Shown here: positions 1 to 8,700 of the stretch, piece by piece
How the letters are laid out: each line of letters starts with the position of its first letter
How positions within the stretch are numbered: the first letter of the stretch is position 1
Virus record (IMG/VR): IMGVR_UViG_3300020455_000010
Reading direction: 5' to 3' (one strand)
From: an uncultured virus (IMG/VR IMGVR_UViG_3300020455_000010)
Taxonomy: Duplodnaviria > Heunggongvirae > Uroviricota > Caudoviricetes
Length of the DNA: 20,000 nt
The notes under the pieces: generated by a model
What the model saw: only the letters and a program-made list of their open reading frames with translations
Told to the model about the DNA's origin: nothing
The model's database searches: none
Made by a program: the position numbers and the translations under genes

Positions 1-183
1 GATGATAAGGATGATATTTTTAGATATGCTGAACAGTTGGTGGAAGATCCAAACAACCCACCTTTACAGGTGATAAAGATACCCACTCAAGAAATTGTCA
101 CAGCATGTGAAGAAAAGAAACAGCAGTATGTTATAATAACCATTGATGATATGATGATTCCTCCTCTTGAATTACATGAATGA
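1..183 (+). CDS. 3' part of a conserved cyanophage hypothetical protein upstream of gp46 (5'-truncated by the window)
   Basis: Frame 1 is open from base 1 to TGA at 181-183: DDKDDIFRYAEQL...ACEEKKQQYVIITIDDMMIPPLELHE*. Resembles the small gene found between g47 and g46 in T4-like cyanophages. Confidence 0.75.
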   Translation, partial: DDKDDIFRYAEQLVEDPNNPPLQVIKIPTQEIVTACEEKKQQYVIITIDDMMIPPLELHE

Positions 184-202
184 TATGCAAAACTGATAAA
201 GC

Positions 203-1891
203 ATGATTATATTTGAAAAAATTCGGTGGAAGAATTTCCTCTCTACAGGAAATGTCTTTACTGAAATAAATTTGTCATCTACTAAAACTAATTTAATCGT
301 TGGTGCTAACGGTGCTGGTAAGTCAACCATCCTAGATGCGTTGACCTTTTCTCTGTTTGGAAAATCATTCAGGAAAATTAGCAAAAGCATGTTAGTTAAT
401 AGTATCAATGAAAAGGATTGTGTAGTAGAGATTGAGTTTAGTAAAGGACCGAATAAATTCAAAATAGTTAGAGGTATCAAACCTAACAAGTTAGAGATAT
501 ATCAGAATGGTGAAATGCTAGATCAGTCTAGCAATGTTAATGATTATCAGAAACAATTAGAACATAACATCCTTAAGATGAACTACAAGTCTTTCACACA
601 GATTGTAGTGTTGGGATCTAGTACCTTTGTTCCTTTCATGCGTTTACCTACAACACAACGCAGAGAGATTATTGAGGATATATTAGACATTCAAATATTC
701 TCTATGATGAATCAGGTATTGAAAGATAAAGTTAGAACTTCTAATGATGAACTTAAGCAAGTTGATTATGAAACTCATCTTGCAGAAGAAAAGATTAATA
801 TGCAAAAGGATTTTATATCTGCAATGGGTCAAAAGAATTTAGATACTATAGTATCAAAACAAGAGAAGATTGAAGTTTTAATGCAGGAAGAAGAAGAAAT
901 TATTGGTAAGAATAAAATTGCTATAGTTGAGTTGGATAACCTTTCTGATGCAAAGACAAAGTTGAGGACGTTGAATACATTAAAAGGTTCTATAGAACAG
1001 AAGTTTAATACACATAAGAAAGAGCATGAGTTCTTTGTTAAGAATACTACATGTCCTACTTGTAGTCAGTCTCTCACGAAGGAGTTAAAGGAGAGTAAGA
1101 TTGCTACTATAATGGAATCAATTAAAGAACTTCAGATAGGGTTCGAAAAGATGGAGACATCTATTGCATTAGCAGAGGACAGAGAGAGGAAACACAGCAG
1201 CATTTCGAAGGCAATCGCAGAGCATAATACTACATCATTAAGGATACAAAAACAGATTAAAGAAGTTTACGATGAGATAGAAACATTACAAAATGAAAAG
1301 AATAATACAATTCAAGAAGAAGAGAAACTAATTAAACTTGAAACTGATTATTTAAATCTTAAGAAGTTGGTTGCTACTATGAAGGAAGAGAGGAATACTC
1401 TTCTTGCTGCAACAATATTATTAAAAGATAATGGTATCAAGACTAGGGTTATCAAACGCTATCTTCCAGTGATGAATAAGTTGATCAATCAACATCTTCA
1501 GAATCTTGAGTTCTATGTTAATTTTAATTTAGATGAGAACTTCGAAGAGACTATTAAATCAAGATACAGGGATACCTTTACCTACGAATCTTTTTCTGAA
1601 GGAGAGAAAGCTAGGATTGATATTGCTTTGTTGCTTACTTGGCGTAGCATTGCTAAACTTAAAAATAGCGTTGACACTAATATCCTTATACTAGATGAGA
1701 TCTTTGATGGATCATTAGACCAGAATGGTACTGGTGAACTAGGATGGATCTTACGTAACTTTGATGACAACACAAATATATTTGTCATCAGTCATAAGGA
1801 GACATTAGAAGGAAAGTTTGAACGTACCTTGCTAGTAGAGAAGCATCAGAATTATAGTGTGGTTAAGGAGTCAGTTAACGAAGTGGACTAA
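203..1891 (+). CDS. g46: Recombination endonuclease subunit, Rad50/SbcC-like ATPase (T4 gp46)
   Basis: N-terminal WKNFLSTGN, Walker A GANGAGKS, coiled coil with CPTC zinc hook, signature FSEGEK, Walker B ILDEIFD, ISH motif; 562 aa. Confidence 0.97.
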   Translation: MIIFEKIRWKNFLSTGNVFTEINLSSTKTNLIVGANGAGKSTILDALTFSLFGKSFRKISKSMLVNSINEKDCVVEIEFSKGPNKFKIVRGIKPNKLEIYQNGEMLDQSSNVNDYQKQLEHNILKMNYKSFTQIVVLGSSTFVPFMRLPTTQRREIIEDILDIQIFSMMNQVLKDKVRTSNDELKQVDYETHLAEEKINMQKDFISAMGQKNLDTIVSKQEKIEVLMQEEEEIIGKNKIAIVELDNLSDAKTKLRTLNTLKGSIEQKFNTHKKEHEFFVKNTTCPTCSQSLTKELKESKIATIMESIKELQIGFEKMETSIALAEDRERKHSSISKAIAEHNTTSLRIQKQIKEVYDEIETLQNEKNNTIQEEEKLIKLETDYLNLKKLVATMKEERNTLLAATILLKDNGIKTRVIKRYLPVMNKLINQHLQNLEFYVNFNLDENFEETIKSRYRDTFTYESFSEGEKARIDIALLLTWRSIAKLKNSVDTNILILDEIFDGSLDQNGTGELGWILRNFDDNTNIFVISHKETLEGKFERTLLVEKHQNYSVVKESVNEVD

Positions 1892-1895
1892 TCGG

Positions 1896-1924
1896 TAGCA
1901 CAACCCTTGATGGTGTGTTATAAT
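1896..1924 (+). promoter_or_regulatory. Putative sigma70-type early promoter with extended -10
   Basis: Weak -35 TAGCAC (1896-1901), 17-nt spacer ending in TGT, perfect TATAAT (1919-1924), in the intergenic gap 21 nt before the next ATG. Confidence 0.65.
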
Positions 1925-1945
1925 AAATGTAATCAAGATTAAATT

Positions 1946-2194
1946 ATGGCACAATTTACATTTACATGTGTTGATGAAGAGAACTGTACTACTACGGTAG
2001 AATTTGAAGGTATCTTTTTACCACATGTTATTGATAGAGTTGAAGGATTTCTTAAAGCATCTGGATTCTTCTTTGAAGAATTGCATTATTCTAAATCAGA
2101 AGAAATTGATTTTGAAGAAGAAATCAAGGCAGGACTAACTAGTAGTATAGAACCAGAGAAAAATGATGACGTACAAGGAGAACCCTCTTTTTAA
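1946..2194 (+). CDS. Small acidic hypothetical phage protein
   Basis: 82-aa ORF directly downstream of a promoter; the VEFE...L..V....EGFLKASGF pattern is typical of small phage proteins. Confidence 0.75.
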   Translation: MAQFTFTCVDEENCTTTVEFEGIFLPHVIDRVEGFLKASGFFFEELHYSKSEEIDFEEEIKAGLTSSIEPEKNDDVQGEPSF

Positions 2195-2366
2195 TCCACA
2201 TCAATACATAGGTTGCATTGCTGTTATGAAAGATGGTAGACACTGTAAAATTATTGGTGACGAGGGATTGCCTAGTAGTCCAACACATAAAATTATGATG
2301 CAAGACCTTGACGGAGAAGTTTTTACATGCTATCATGTAGATATTGAAAATGTAATGGGAAATTGA
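2163..2366 (+). CDS. Small hypothetical protein, probably beta-rich
   Basis: 67-aa ORF filling the gap between neighbours on the coding strand; ends 1 nt before the next start. Confidence 0.65.
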   Translation: MMTYKENPLFNPHQYIGCIAVMKDGRHCKIIGDEGLPSSPTHKIMMQDLDGEVFTCYHVDIENVMGN

Positions 2367-2367
2367 T

Positions 2368-2676
2368 TTGAAATATAATGAAGAAGAACTCATTAATGAG
2401 GTTCGTGATTACATCAGTTCAACATACCGAGGTCATTATTCTGCAGGAAACGTACAGACTCTTGACCTAATTGATTCTGTTGGTGATGCTGAAGCATTCT
2501 GTAGGAGTAATGTCCTTAAGTATGCAGCACGTTACGATAGAAAAGGAACAGCACGTAAGGATATTGTAAAGATCATTCATTATGGATTGCTCCTACTCCA
2601 CTTCAATGATAAACGTGCAGCAGCAAATGCTGCCCAGACTGGAGCTACATCATTTACCGTTGATTATGACAAATAA
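2368..2676 (+). CDS. DUF3310-like protein (T7 gp1.7-related putative nucleotide kinase family)
   Basis: HY...QTLDLI...FCRSNVLKYAARYDRKG..RKDIVKIIHY matches the DUF3310 pattern; TTG start; located just before g45. Confidence 0.75.
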   Translation: MKYNEEELINEVRDYISSTYRGHYSAGNVQTLDLIDSVGDAEAFCRSNVLKYAARYDRKGTARKDIVKIIHYGLLLLHFNDKRAAANAAQTGATSFTVDYDK

Positions 2677-3370
2677 AGTAATACTAACAAAACAAACACA
2701 AGCAATCTTGAAAAATTTTGCTACGATTAATAGTTCTATTCTATTTCGTAAGGGCAGTAAGATCAAGACTATAAGTGTTGGTGAGAATGCTATTGCTGAA
2801 TATGAATGTGAAGAGGTTTTTCCACAAACATTTGGGATCTATGATCTAGGTCAATTCTTACAGGGTATTGACTTGTTCACTGTCAAAGATGTAAATGGTA
2901 TTGAACCTGTTCTTGAATTTGATAATGATTCTTATGTAACAATACATGGAGGAGGTAAAGCTGCAGCATATACAGCAAGGTATTTTTTCTCTAGTCCAGA
3001 AATTACATTGAAATCAGCACCAGAAAAGGATATCCATTTTCCTTCTGCTGATATGGAATTTAGTATTCAACCAGATGATCTTGCTGCTTTACAGAAAGGA
3101 GCAGGTGCATATAAATTACCAGACTTATCTTTCAAATCAGATGAAGATGGATCTATTAAATTAGAGGTATGTGATAGAGAAGATCCTACATGTAATGTGT
3201 ATTCACAAAAAATAAAAGGACATTCATCTGGATCATATGAGGTGTATATGAAGATGGATAATGTTAGGGTAGCAGCAGGTGGTTATGATGTGAAAATTTC
3301 CAAGAATCTTATCACAGAATGGAAACACAAAGGTCTTGATTTAACATATTATATTGCATTGGAACCTTAA
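2666..3370 (+). CDS. g45: DNA polymerase sliding clamp (T4 gp45)
   Basis: ILKNFATINSSI, FGIYDLGQFL, C-terminal YYIALEP. Start moved from 2582 to ATG 2666, where clamp similarity begins (234 aa). Confidence 0.95.
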   Translation: MTNKVILTKQTQAILKNFATINSSILFRKGSKIKTISVGENAIAEYECEEVFPQTFGIYDLGQFLQGIDLFTVKDVNGIEPVLEFDNDSYVTIHGGGKAAAYTARYFFSSPEITLKSAPEKDIHFPSADMEFSIQPDDLAALQKGAGAYKLPDLSFKSDEDGSIKLEVCDREDPTCNVYSQKIKGHSSGSYEVYMKMDNVRVAAGGYDVKISKNLITEWKHKGLDLTYYIALEP

Positions 3371-4317
3371 TGGAAAATAAAGCATTCTTGTGGGTTGAGA
3401 AGTATCGACCCAGAACAATTGATGAATGTATTCTTCCAGACATTACTAAAGAATCGTTCAGAGGATTCATTAAACAAGGTGAGATTCCTAATCTTTTATT
3501 AACTGGGTCTGCTGGTATTGGTAAGACAACTGTTGCCAAAGCTGTGTGTGATCAGATTGGAGCATCTTATATTGTTATTAATGGATCAGATGAAGGAAGA
3601 TTTTTAGATACAGTTAGGGATAAGATAAGAACATTTGCTTCAACAGTCTCATTGACCTCTAGCACGTCCCACAAGGTCGTTATAATTGATGAGGCAGACA
3701 ATACGACTTCTGATGTACAATTGTCCTTACGGACTGCTGTAGAGGAGTTTCATTCAAATTGTAGATTTATATTTACATGCAACTTTCCTAATAAGATCAT
3801 TGAACCATTACATTCACGATGTACTGTCATTGATTTTAAGATTAAGAATGGTAATAAACCAAAATTACAGTATGCATTTTTCCAGAGATTAAAAACAATC
3901 CTCGAAGAAAATTCTGTTGAGCATGATGATAAGATTCTTATGAAACTTATCTCTAGGTACTATCCTGATTGGCGTAGATTAATTAATGAGGCACAGAGGT
4001 TTGCTGCTGCTGGATCTATTAATTCTTCTATCCTAATAGATATTGCTGACATACCAATAGATGATTTAATTAAATCATTAAAGAATAGAGAGTTTACTGT
4101 AGTGAGGAAGTGGGTTGTTGATAATATAGACAACGATCCAGTTTTAATCTTACGTAGGATCTATGATTCTTTGTATGATTATTTGAAAGGTCCATCTATA
4201 CCAGAAGCAGTATTAATTATTGCGAAGTATCAACAACAAGTGACTCAAGTTGCTGATCAAGAGATAAACATGTTAGCATGTTTAACTGAAATCATGATGA
4301 GTTGTGAATTTAAATAA
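3370..4317 (+). CDS. g44: Clamp loader large subunit, AAA+ ATPase (T4 gp44)
   Basis: LWVEKYRP, Walker A GSAGIGKTT, Walker B IIDEAD, SRC motif; TAATG overlap with g45. Confidence 0.97.
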   Translation: MENKAFLWVEKYRPRTIDECILPDITKESFRGFIKQGEIPNLLLTGSAGIGKTTVAKAVCDQIGASYIVINGSDEGRFLDTVRDKIRTFASTVSLTSSTSHKVVIIDEADNTTSDVQLSLRTAVEEFHSNCRFIFTCNFPNKIIEPLHSRCTVIDFKIKNGNKPKLQYAFFQRLKTILEENSVEHDDKILMKLISRYYPDWRRLINEAQRFAAAGSINSSILIDIADIPIDDLIKSLKNREFTVVRKWVVDNIDNDPVLILRRIYDSLYDYLKGPSIPEAVLIIAKYQQQVTQVADQEINMLACLTEIMMSCEFK

Positions 4318-4325
4318 AAAAAACT

Positions 4326-4619
4326 ATGGAAAGAGACACAAGATTAGTACGAGTATCCAGTGGTGAGGATGTAATTTGTAATGTAGTTTCTATTGAAGAT
4401 GAGTATATTACAGTCACAGACCCTATCGTTGCAGTACCTACAGGTGAAGGACAGATTGGATTTGCTCCATGGTCTCCTTTGTTAAAAGAAAGTGAAGAAT
4501 TGAGCATACAAATGAGTCATGTTCTTTATATTTCCTTTGCAAATGATAACATTAGAAAACAATATGAAAATATTACTTCTAATGTAATTACACCTCCAGA
4601 GAAACAACTCATACTTTAA
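4326..4619 (+). CDS. Conserved T4-like phage hypothetical protein, putative Sm-like fold
   Basis: RLVRVSSGEDVI...P...GFAPWSP...Y......ITPP pattern; similar to the ORFs at 10271 and 10686. Confidence 0.7.
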   Translation: MERDTRLVRVSSGEDVICNVVSIEDEYITVTDPIVAVPTGEGQIGFAPWSPLLKESEELSIQMSHVLYISFANDNIRKQYENITSNVITPPEKQLIL

Positions 4620-4620
4620 G

Positions 4621-5259
4621 ATGAAGATATTTGATAATGGATATGGAAAAAAGATAGAAGTAGATGACGTTCCTTTGTTTTCTACTCCTATCATTGTTAC
4701 CAAATTCAATGATCATGAAAAATATAATATCGAATCTTTTGAAAAAGTTGATAGGACACCAGAAAACTGGAATCATTCATCAGTAAACTCATCTTTTAAG
4801 AAAGATGATGATCCTTATATCTCACAAGAAACACGCAATAAAATTAAAAATAGTATAACAGAACATCTTCGAGATGTATTTGAGTGCTATAATATGACAA
4901 GGAATATTGTATTGTATAATTTCTGGTATAATGCATACTATGAAGGACAAGGACAAGAGTTGCATAACCACCTAGCAGAAAATAATAACAATCCATTCTG
5001 GTGTGGTATCTATTTTGCTAAAAATTGTTTTAATAGTCAGTTAAAATTTAAAAGATCTGATTATTCTTTGCGTACACAGCAACCATATGATTTTCATCAA
5101 ACTTCTTTAGCAGATTACTATAGAGATACGTGGCCATCAGGTATTCCTGATGGATATATTTGTTTATTTCCACCACATTTGCAGCATAGTGTAACTATAG
5201 GAGAAGAGAATCGTGATAAGATGAGGTTAACTTTTAGTTTTAATATACAACTCGCCTAG
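4621..5259 (+). CDS. 2OG-Fe(II) oxygenase superfamily protein (TIGR02466-like)
   Basis: LFSTPI start, WYNAY..GQGQELHNH iron motif, WCGIYF, LFPPHLQHSV, C-terminal RLTFSFN. Confidence 0.88.
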   Translation: MKIFDNGYGKKIEVDDVPLFSTPIIVTKFNDHEKYNIESFEKVDRTPENWNHSSVNSSFKKDDDPYISQETRNKIKNSITEHLRDVFECYNMTRNIVLYNFWYNAYYEGQGQELHNHLAENNNNPFWCGIYFAKNCFNSQLKFKRSDYSLRTQQPYDFHQTSLADYYRDTWPSGIPDGYICLFPPHLQHSVTIGEENRDKMRLTFSFNIQLA

Positions 5260-5293
5260 ATAAACAAATTCTATCGTAAGGAACATATCCAAA

Positions 5294-5620
5294 ATGAGAA
5301 TGAACAATCAAACTAAACTAGTTTTTGCACTAGAGCATGTAGCACACTTACATGATCTCATTGAAGATAATGAGTATCAACATTTTCTTAACGATGCATT
5401 ATGTACGTTAGAGTTTGAACTTGAACGTCAATTAAGATTAGAACTGGATCGCAAAAACAATCCACCAGTACCTCCGAAACAAGTGAAGAATGACTACAAT
5501 GATTATGAAGAGAACAATCAAATCTTTAAAGACACCCTTACGATATCCAGGAGGGAAGAGCAGGGCAGTAACCAAACTTCTGCAGTACCTCCCAAACCTT
5601 TCCCAGGTAAAAGAATTTAG
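5294..5620 (+). CDS. Hypothetical cyanophage protein with helical N-terminus; 3' end overlaps dam
   Basis: AAGGA 10-15 nt upstream of the ATG; N-terminal region KLVFALEHVAHLHDLIEDNEY...ELERQL is protein-like. The C-terminal tail lies inside dam in another frame. Confidence 0.65.
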   Translation: MRMNNQTKLVFALEHVAHLHDLIEDNEYQHFLNDALCTLEFELERQLRLELDRKNNPPVPPKQVKNDYNDYEENNQIFKDTLTISRREEQGSNQTSAVPPKPFPGKRI

Positions 5621-6362
5621 AGAACCTTTTCTTGGTGGTGGGTCTGTATCATTAGAAATTACAAAGAGATATCCTAACATAGAGATCTGGGTCAATGATC
5701 TATACGAACCTCTTTATAATTTCTGGTGTGAGTTGCAGCATAGTGGTAAACAATTGCAAGAAAGATTGCTTGAATTAAAGGATGAGTATCCAGATCCTCC
5801 TAAAGGTGTTCAGAAATATGCTGCCAAGAAACTTTTTGATGATGCTAAATTTCTACTCAATGATCACAATCAACCTGCTTTTGATAGAGCAGCATATTTT
5901 TATGTTGTTAATAAGTGTAGTTTTTCTGGTCTTACTGAATCATCATCCTTTAGTAAGCAAGCATCTGTTCAAAACTTCAGTGCTTCAGGCATAGGAAGAT
6001 TGGTAGAATATTCAGAACTAATCCAAAACTGGACAATAACAAATCTTTCTTATGAGAGAATGTTATGTGATGAGAAGAATGTATTTACATATCTAGATCC
6101 ACCATATGATATTAAAGATAATCTTTATGGCAAGAAGGGTAGTATGCACAAGAAGTTTGACCATGATATGTTTGCAACAGAGTGTGACAGTTGGACTTCC
6201 CCTATGTTGATCTCTTATAATTCTGATCAAATTGTTAAGAATCGTTTCAAGGAGTGGTCAGTTGGAGAATTTGCACACACTTACACCATGAGGTCTGTGG
6301 GGTGCTATAATACAGATCAAGCAGAGAGGAAGGAACTAGTCCTTACAAATTATGAAGTGTGA
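5505..6362 (+). CDS. dam: DNA adenine methyltransferase, Dam/D12 class
   Basis: PLRYPGGKS, SAM-binding EPFLGGGSV, VNDL, catalytic YLDPPY, ISYN, terminal ELVLTNY. Start is 5505 or an in-frame ATG at 5490/5499. Confidence 0.93.
   Translation: MKRTIKSLKTPLRYPGGKSRAVTKLLQYLPNLSQVKEFREPFLGGGSVSLEITKRYPNIEIWVNDLYEPLYNFWCELQHSGKQLQERLLELKDEYPDPPKGVQKYAAKKLFDDAKFLLNDHNQPAFDRAAYFYVVNKCSFSGLTESSSFSKQASVQNFSASGIGRLVEYSELIQNWTITNLSYERMLCDEKNVFTYLDPPYDIKDNLYGKKGSMHKKFDHDMFATECDSWTSPMLISYNSDQIVKNRFKEWSVGEFAHTYTMRSVGCYNTDQAERKELVLTNYEV
6303..6311 (+). promoter_or_regulatory. Putative extended -10 promoter inside the dam 3' end
   Basis: TGCTATAAT is a perfect TGnTATAAT, 40 nt upstream of ATG 6352; no convincing -35. 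Confidence 0.5.
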
Positions 6363-6495
6363 AGTAAAACTCTACGTAGCAGGAACTGTATTTACAGAGA
6401 CTGTACAGGCACGTAACTACGAAGAAGCAAGACAAGTAGCACTTGCTCGTAATCCAAACGCCAAAGTTATGGGTGTTACTGCTGTATTTACATAA
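6352..6495 (+). CDS. Small conserved cyanophage protein (47 aa), absent from the ORF track
   Basis: MKCEVKLYVAGTVFTETVQARNYEEARQVALARNPNAKVMGVTAVFT*; overlaps the dam stop and ends 7 nt before the next ATG. Confidence 0.85.
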   Translation: MKCEVKLYVAGTVFTETVQARNYEEARQVALARNPNAKVMGVTAVFT

Positions 6496-6502
6496 TAAAA
6501 TT

Positions 6503-7309
6503 ATGACAAATAAAATTTATAAAAGAACTTATCGTATTGCATTTCATCCTAATGTGGTTAAGATGATTGATGGTGCAAGAGAAGGTACTTATGCATGTTG
6601 GGGATTTCATGATTTATTAGATCATAATCATGAAGATGAGGAGATTATGGAAAATGATACTGCACTTAAATCAACATTCAAAAAACTATCTGATCATCGT
6701 ACAAAACTTGGAAAAAGAATTGAATCTATTTTTAATAAAAGTTGTAGAGATCAGGGATGGGATAAAAGAATAGTTGAAAGAATGTATCGTGAAGAAAAAG
6801 AAGAAGCAGTAATGAGAGAGATACAACATGATAAGTATAAAGAATTATTGAATGAAGGAGTTATTGATATGGATCAATACATTCAATTTCAACATAAAAT
6901 ACATGAAGAATGGTCTCAAGATAGGAAAGAAAATAAAAAAGCATTGAAAAGAAAAGGTATGAGACCCCTTTATTTGTTAGAACATCATGCACAGGATCAG
7001 GGAATTGAAGAACTTGGTTATCCTGATGATCATGTGCTTCAAGAACAATCTCTTTGGCAACCTGTTTTTGATAGAGGGTATTGGGAAGTAGAGCATATTT
7101 CTGCTGACATTCCAGATTGGATATCAAAAAAAGATTATTCTGTATCACATGAAGAACTACATGAACCAGGAGTAACAATATTAAAACCCAATAAAGGATC
7201 TAAAGTTAATTGGGCATCTAGAAATCGTGGAGGTGGTGTTAGAGTATCCTCTAAAAACTTTAAACAAGATACAAAAGAATATCCTACTCATCTTGATGTT
7301 GGGATATGA
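6503..7309 (+). CDS. Hypothetical protein (268 aa), possible degenerate HNH-like C-terminus
   Basis: Long ORF; ATG 6503 preferred to TTG 6443, which lies inside the upstream gene. Charged helical middle, then YWEVEHI...N...SRNRGGG. Confidence 0.75.
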   Translation: MTNKIYKRTYRIAFHPNVVKMIDGAREGTYACWGFHDLLDHNHEDEEIMENDTALKSTFKKLSDHRTKLGKRIESIFNKSCRDQGWDKRIVERMYREEKEEAVMREIQHDKYKELLNEGVIDMDQYIQFQHKIHEEWSQDRKENKKALKRKGMRPLYLLEHHAQDQGIEELGYPDDHVLQEQSLWQPVFDRGYWEVEHISADIPDWISKKDYSVSHEELHEPGVTILKPNKGSKVNWASRNRGGGVRVSSKNFKQDTKEYPTHLDVGI

Positions 7310-7677
7310 AGAAAGTAGCACTAGATCGTTTATCAAATGCATTGCAAAGAGTTGATTGGGATCCCAAACGTTTGGATTCTGATCGACTTAAGAATTTGTA
7401 TCTTCAATACGAAACGGAGATGCAGGAGGATAAAAGAAATCTAGAATATGAGAAATGGCAAGAAGAGATTTATTATGATATAATAGAAGATGTCAAGAAT
7501 ACTATAAATTGGAATGTAGAACATAAATGTAAATGTACGGATTGTGAATGCTCTACTATGAGAGTAGTATTAACACCAAAATTATTTCACAACGCAAAGT
7601 ATGTTTGTAATTTGTGTCATAGACATAACAAATGGCTTAGTAAAGAAGAGATACAGGAAGCATTATTTGACTTATGA
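7306..7677 (+). CDS. Hypothetical protein with C-terminal zinc ribbon
   Basis: CTDC...TPKLFHNAKYVCNLCHRHNKWLSK gives two CxxC pairs; ATGA overlaps at both ends. Confidence 0.8.
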   Translation: MKKVALDRLSNALQRVDWDPKRLDSDRLKNLYLQYETEMQEDKRNLEYEKWQEEIYYDIIEDVKNTINWNVEHKCKCTDCECSTMRVVLTPKLFHNAKYVCNLCHRHNKWLSKEEIQEALFDL

Positions 7678-8072
7678 ATAAAAAAGAACGTGATAGAAAG
7701 AACTTAATAGATGTTCTTTACAGTATCAATCAATCCAAAAAGAATCTTATGTCTGATGGTACTGTTGAACCAAAACAGTATAAACCTTTTATTGTAAATA
7801 AAGCATTGAGTCAGCATCTTGACAGTGTTTTATATGCTAATGAAATGAACAAGCATTATTCTTTAGATAGAAAGATGCAGTACGACTTTTACATAAATAG
7901 TTTGAAGCCGAGGAAGAGACATTCTCCGTGGATCAAGAGGGACACTCTTGAGAACCTTGATTTGGTGAAAGAATATTATGGATATAGTCATAATAAAGCT
8001 ATTGCTGCCTTAAGGATACTCACAAAATCCCAACTTGATGAAATAAAATTACTATTGTATAAAGGTGGGTAA
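7674..8072 (+). CDS. g62: Clamp loader small subunit (T4 gp62)
   Basis: YKPFIVNKALS, D.VLYANEMN, QYDFYINSLKPRKR.SPW, VKEYYGYS..KA, terminal KGG. Confidence 0.95.
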   Translation: MNKKERDRKNLIDVLYSINQSKKNLMSDGTVEPKQYKPFIVNKALSQHLDSVLYANEMNKHYSLDRKMQYDFYINSLKPRKRHSPWIKRDTLENLDLVKEYYGYSHNKAIAALRILTKSQLDEIKLLLYKGG

Positions 8073-8074
8073 AG

Positions 8075-8497
8075 ATGACTACTGAAATTGAGATAGAATG
8101 GCAGCCATCTGATATGGTGGAGGTCAGTCTTTCAGAACCAGACGATTTTTTAAAAGTTCGTGAAACATTAACAAGAATTGGTGTAGCTTCTAGAAAAGAG
8201 AGGAAGTTATATCAATCCTGTCACATTTTACACAAGCAAGGAAGATATTATATTGTTCATTTCAAAGAGTTGTTTGCTCTTGACGGTAAGAAAACTAATC
8301 TTACTAACAATGATGTTCAACGTCGTAATAGAATAGCACAATTGCTATCAGATTGGGGACTAGTAACTATTATTGAAAAGACATCTGTAGAAGATATTGC
8401 TCCTTTGAATCAAATAAAAGTATTAAGTTTTAAGGATAAGGATGAGTGGACACTTGAGTCCAAGTATAATATTGGGAGAAAGAAAACTACCGTTTGA
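8075..8497 (+). CDS. regA: Translational repressor RegA
   Basis: PDDFLKVRETLTRIGVASRKE..LYQSCHILHKQGRYYIVHFKELFALDG; follows g62 as in T4. Confidence 0.98.
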   Translation: MTTEIEIEWQPSDMVEVSLSEPDDFLKVRETLTRIGVASRKERKLYQSCHILHKQGRYYIVHFKELFALDGKKTNLTNNDVQRRNRIAQLLSDWGLVTIIEKTSVEDIAPLNQIKVLSFKDKDEWTLESKYNIGRKKTTV

Positions 8498-8700
8498 TGG
8501 CAAAGAGAATTAAATTTACGATCAGACAAGATGGCACTGTAACCGAGGAGGTTGTGGGTGCTGTTGGAAACGAGTGCGAGGGATTAACTTCTGAAGTTGA
8601 AAAGAACCTAGGTAATATAGTCTCTCGTATACATAAACCAGAGTACTATCAGAAACAAGAAACCGTAACAGATGTCACACTTCACAACACTAAAGACTAA
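8497..8700 (+). CDS. DUF2997 family protein (cyanobacterial type)
   Basis: IKFTIRQDGTVTEEVVGAVGNECEGLT..VE..LG......KPEYY; TGATG overlap with the regA stop. Confidence 0.85.
   Translation: MAKRIKFTIRQDGTVTEEVVGAVGNECEGLTSEVEKNLGNIVSRIHKPEYYQKQETVTDVTLHNTKD

Noticed and set aside
129..137. TGTTATAAT extended -10 match upstream of g46
   Set aside because: Inside a coding region with no -35; such matches arise easily in AT-rich DNA. Possible but unsupported.
2582..2665. N-terminal extension of gp45 given by the ORF track
   Set aside because: It overlaps the DUF3310-like gene and has no clamp similarity; ATG 2666 fits better.
7893..7899. ATAAATA late-promoter match inside g62
   Set aside because: Explained by the codons for YINS; no independent support.
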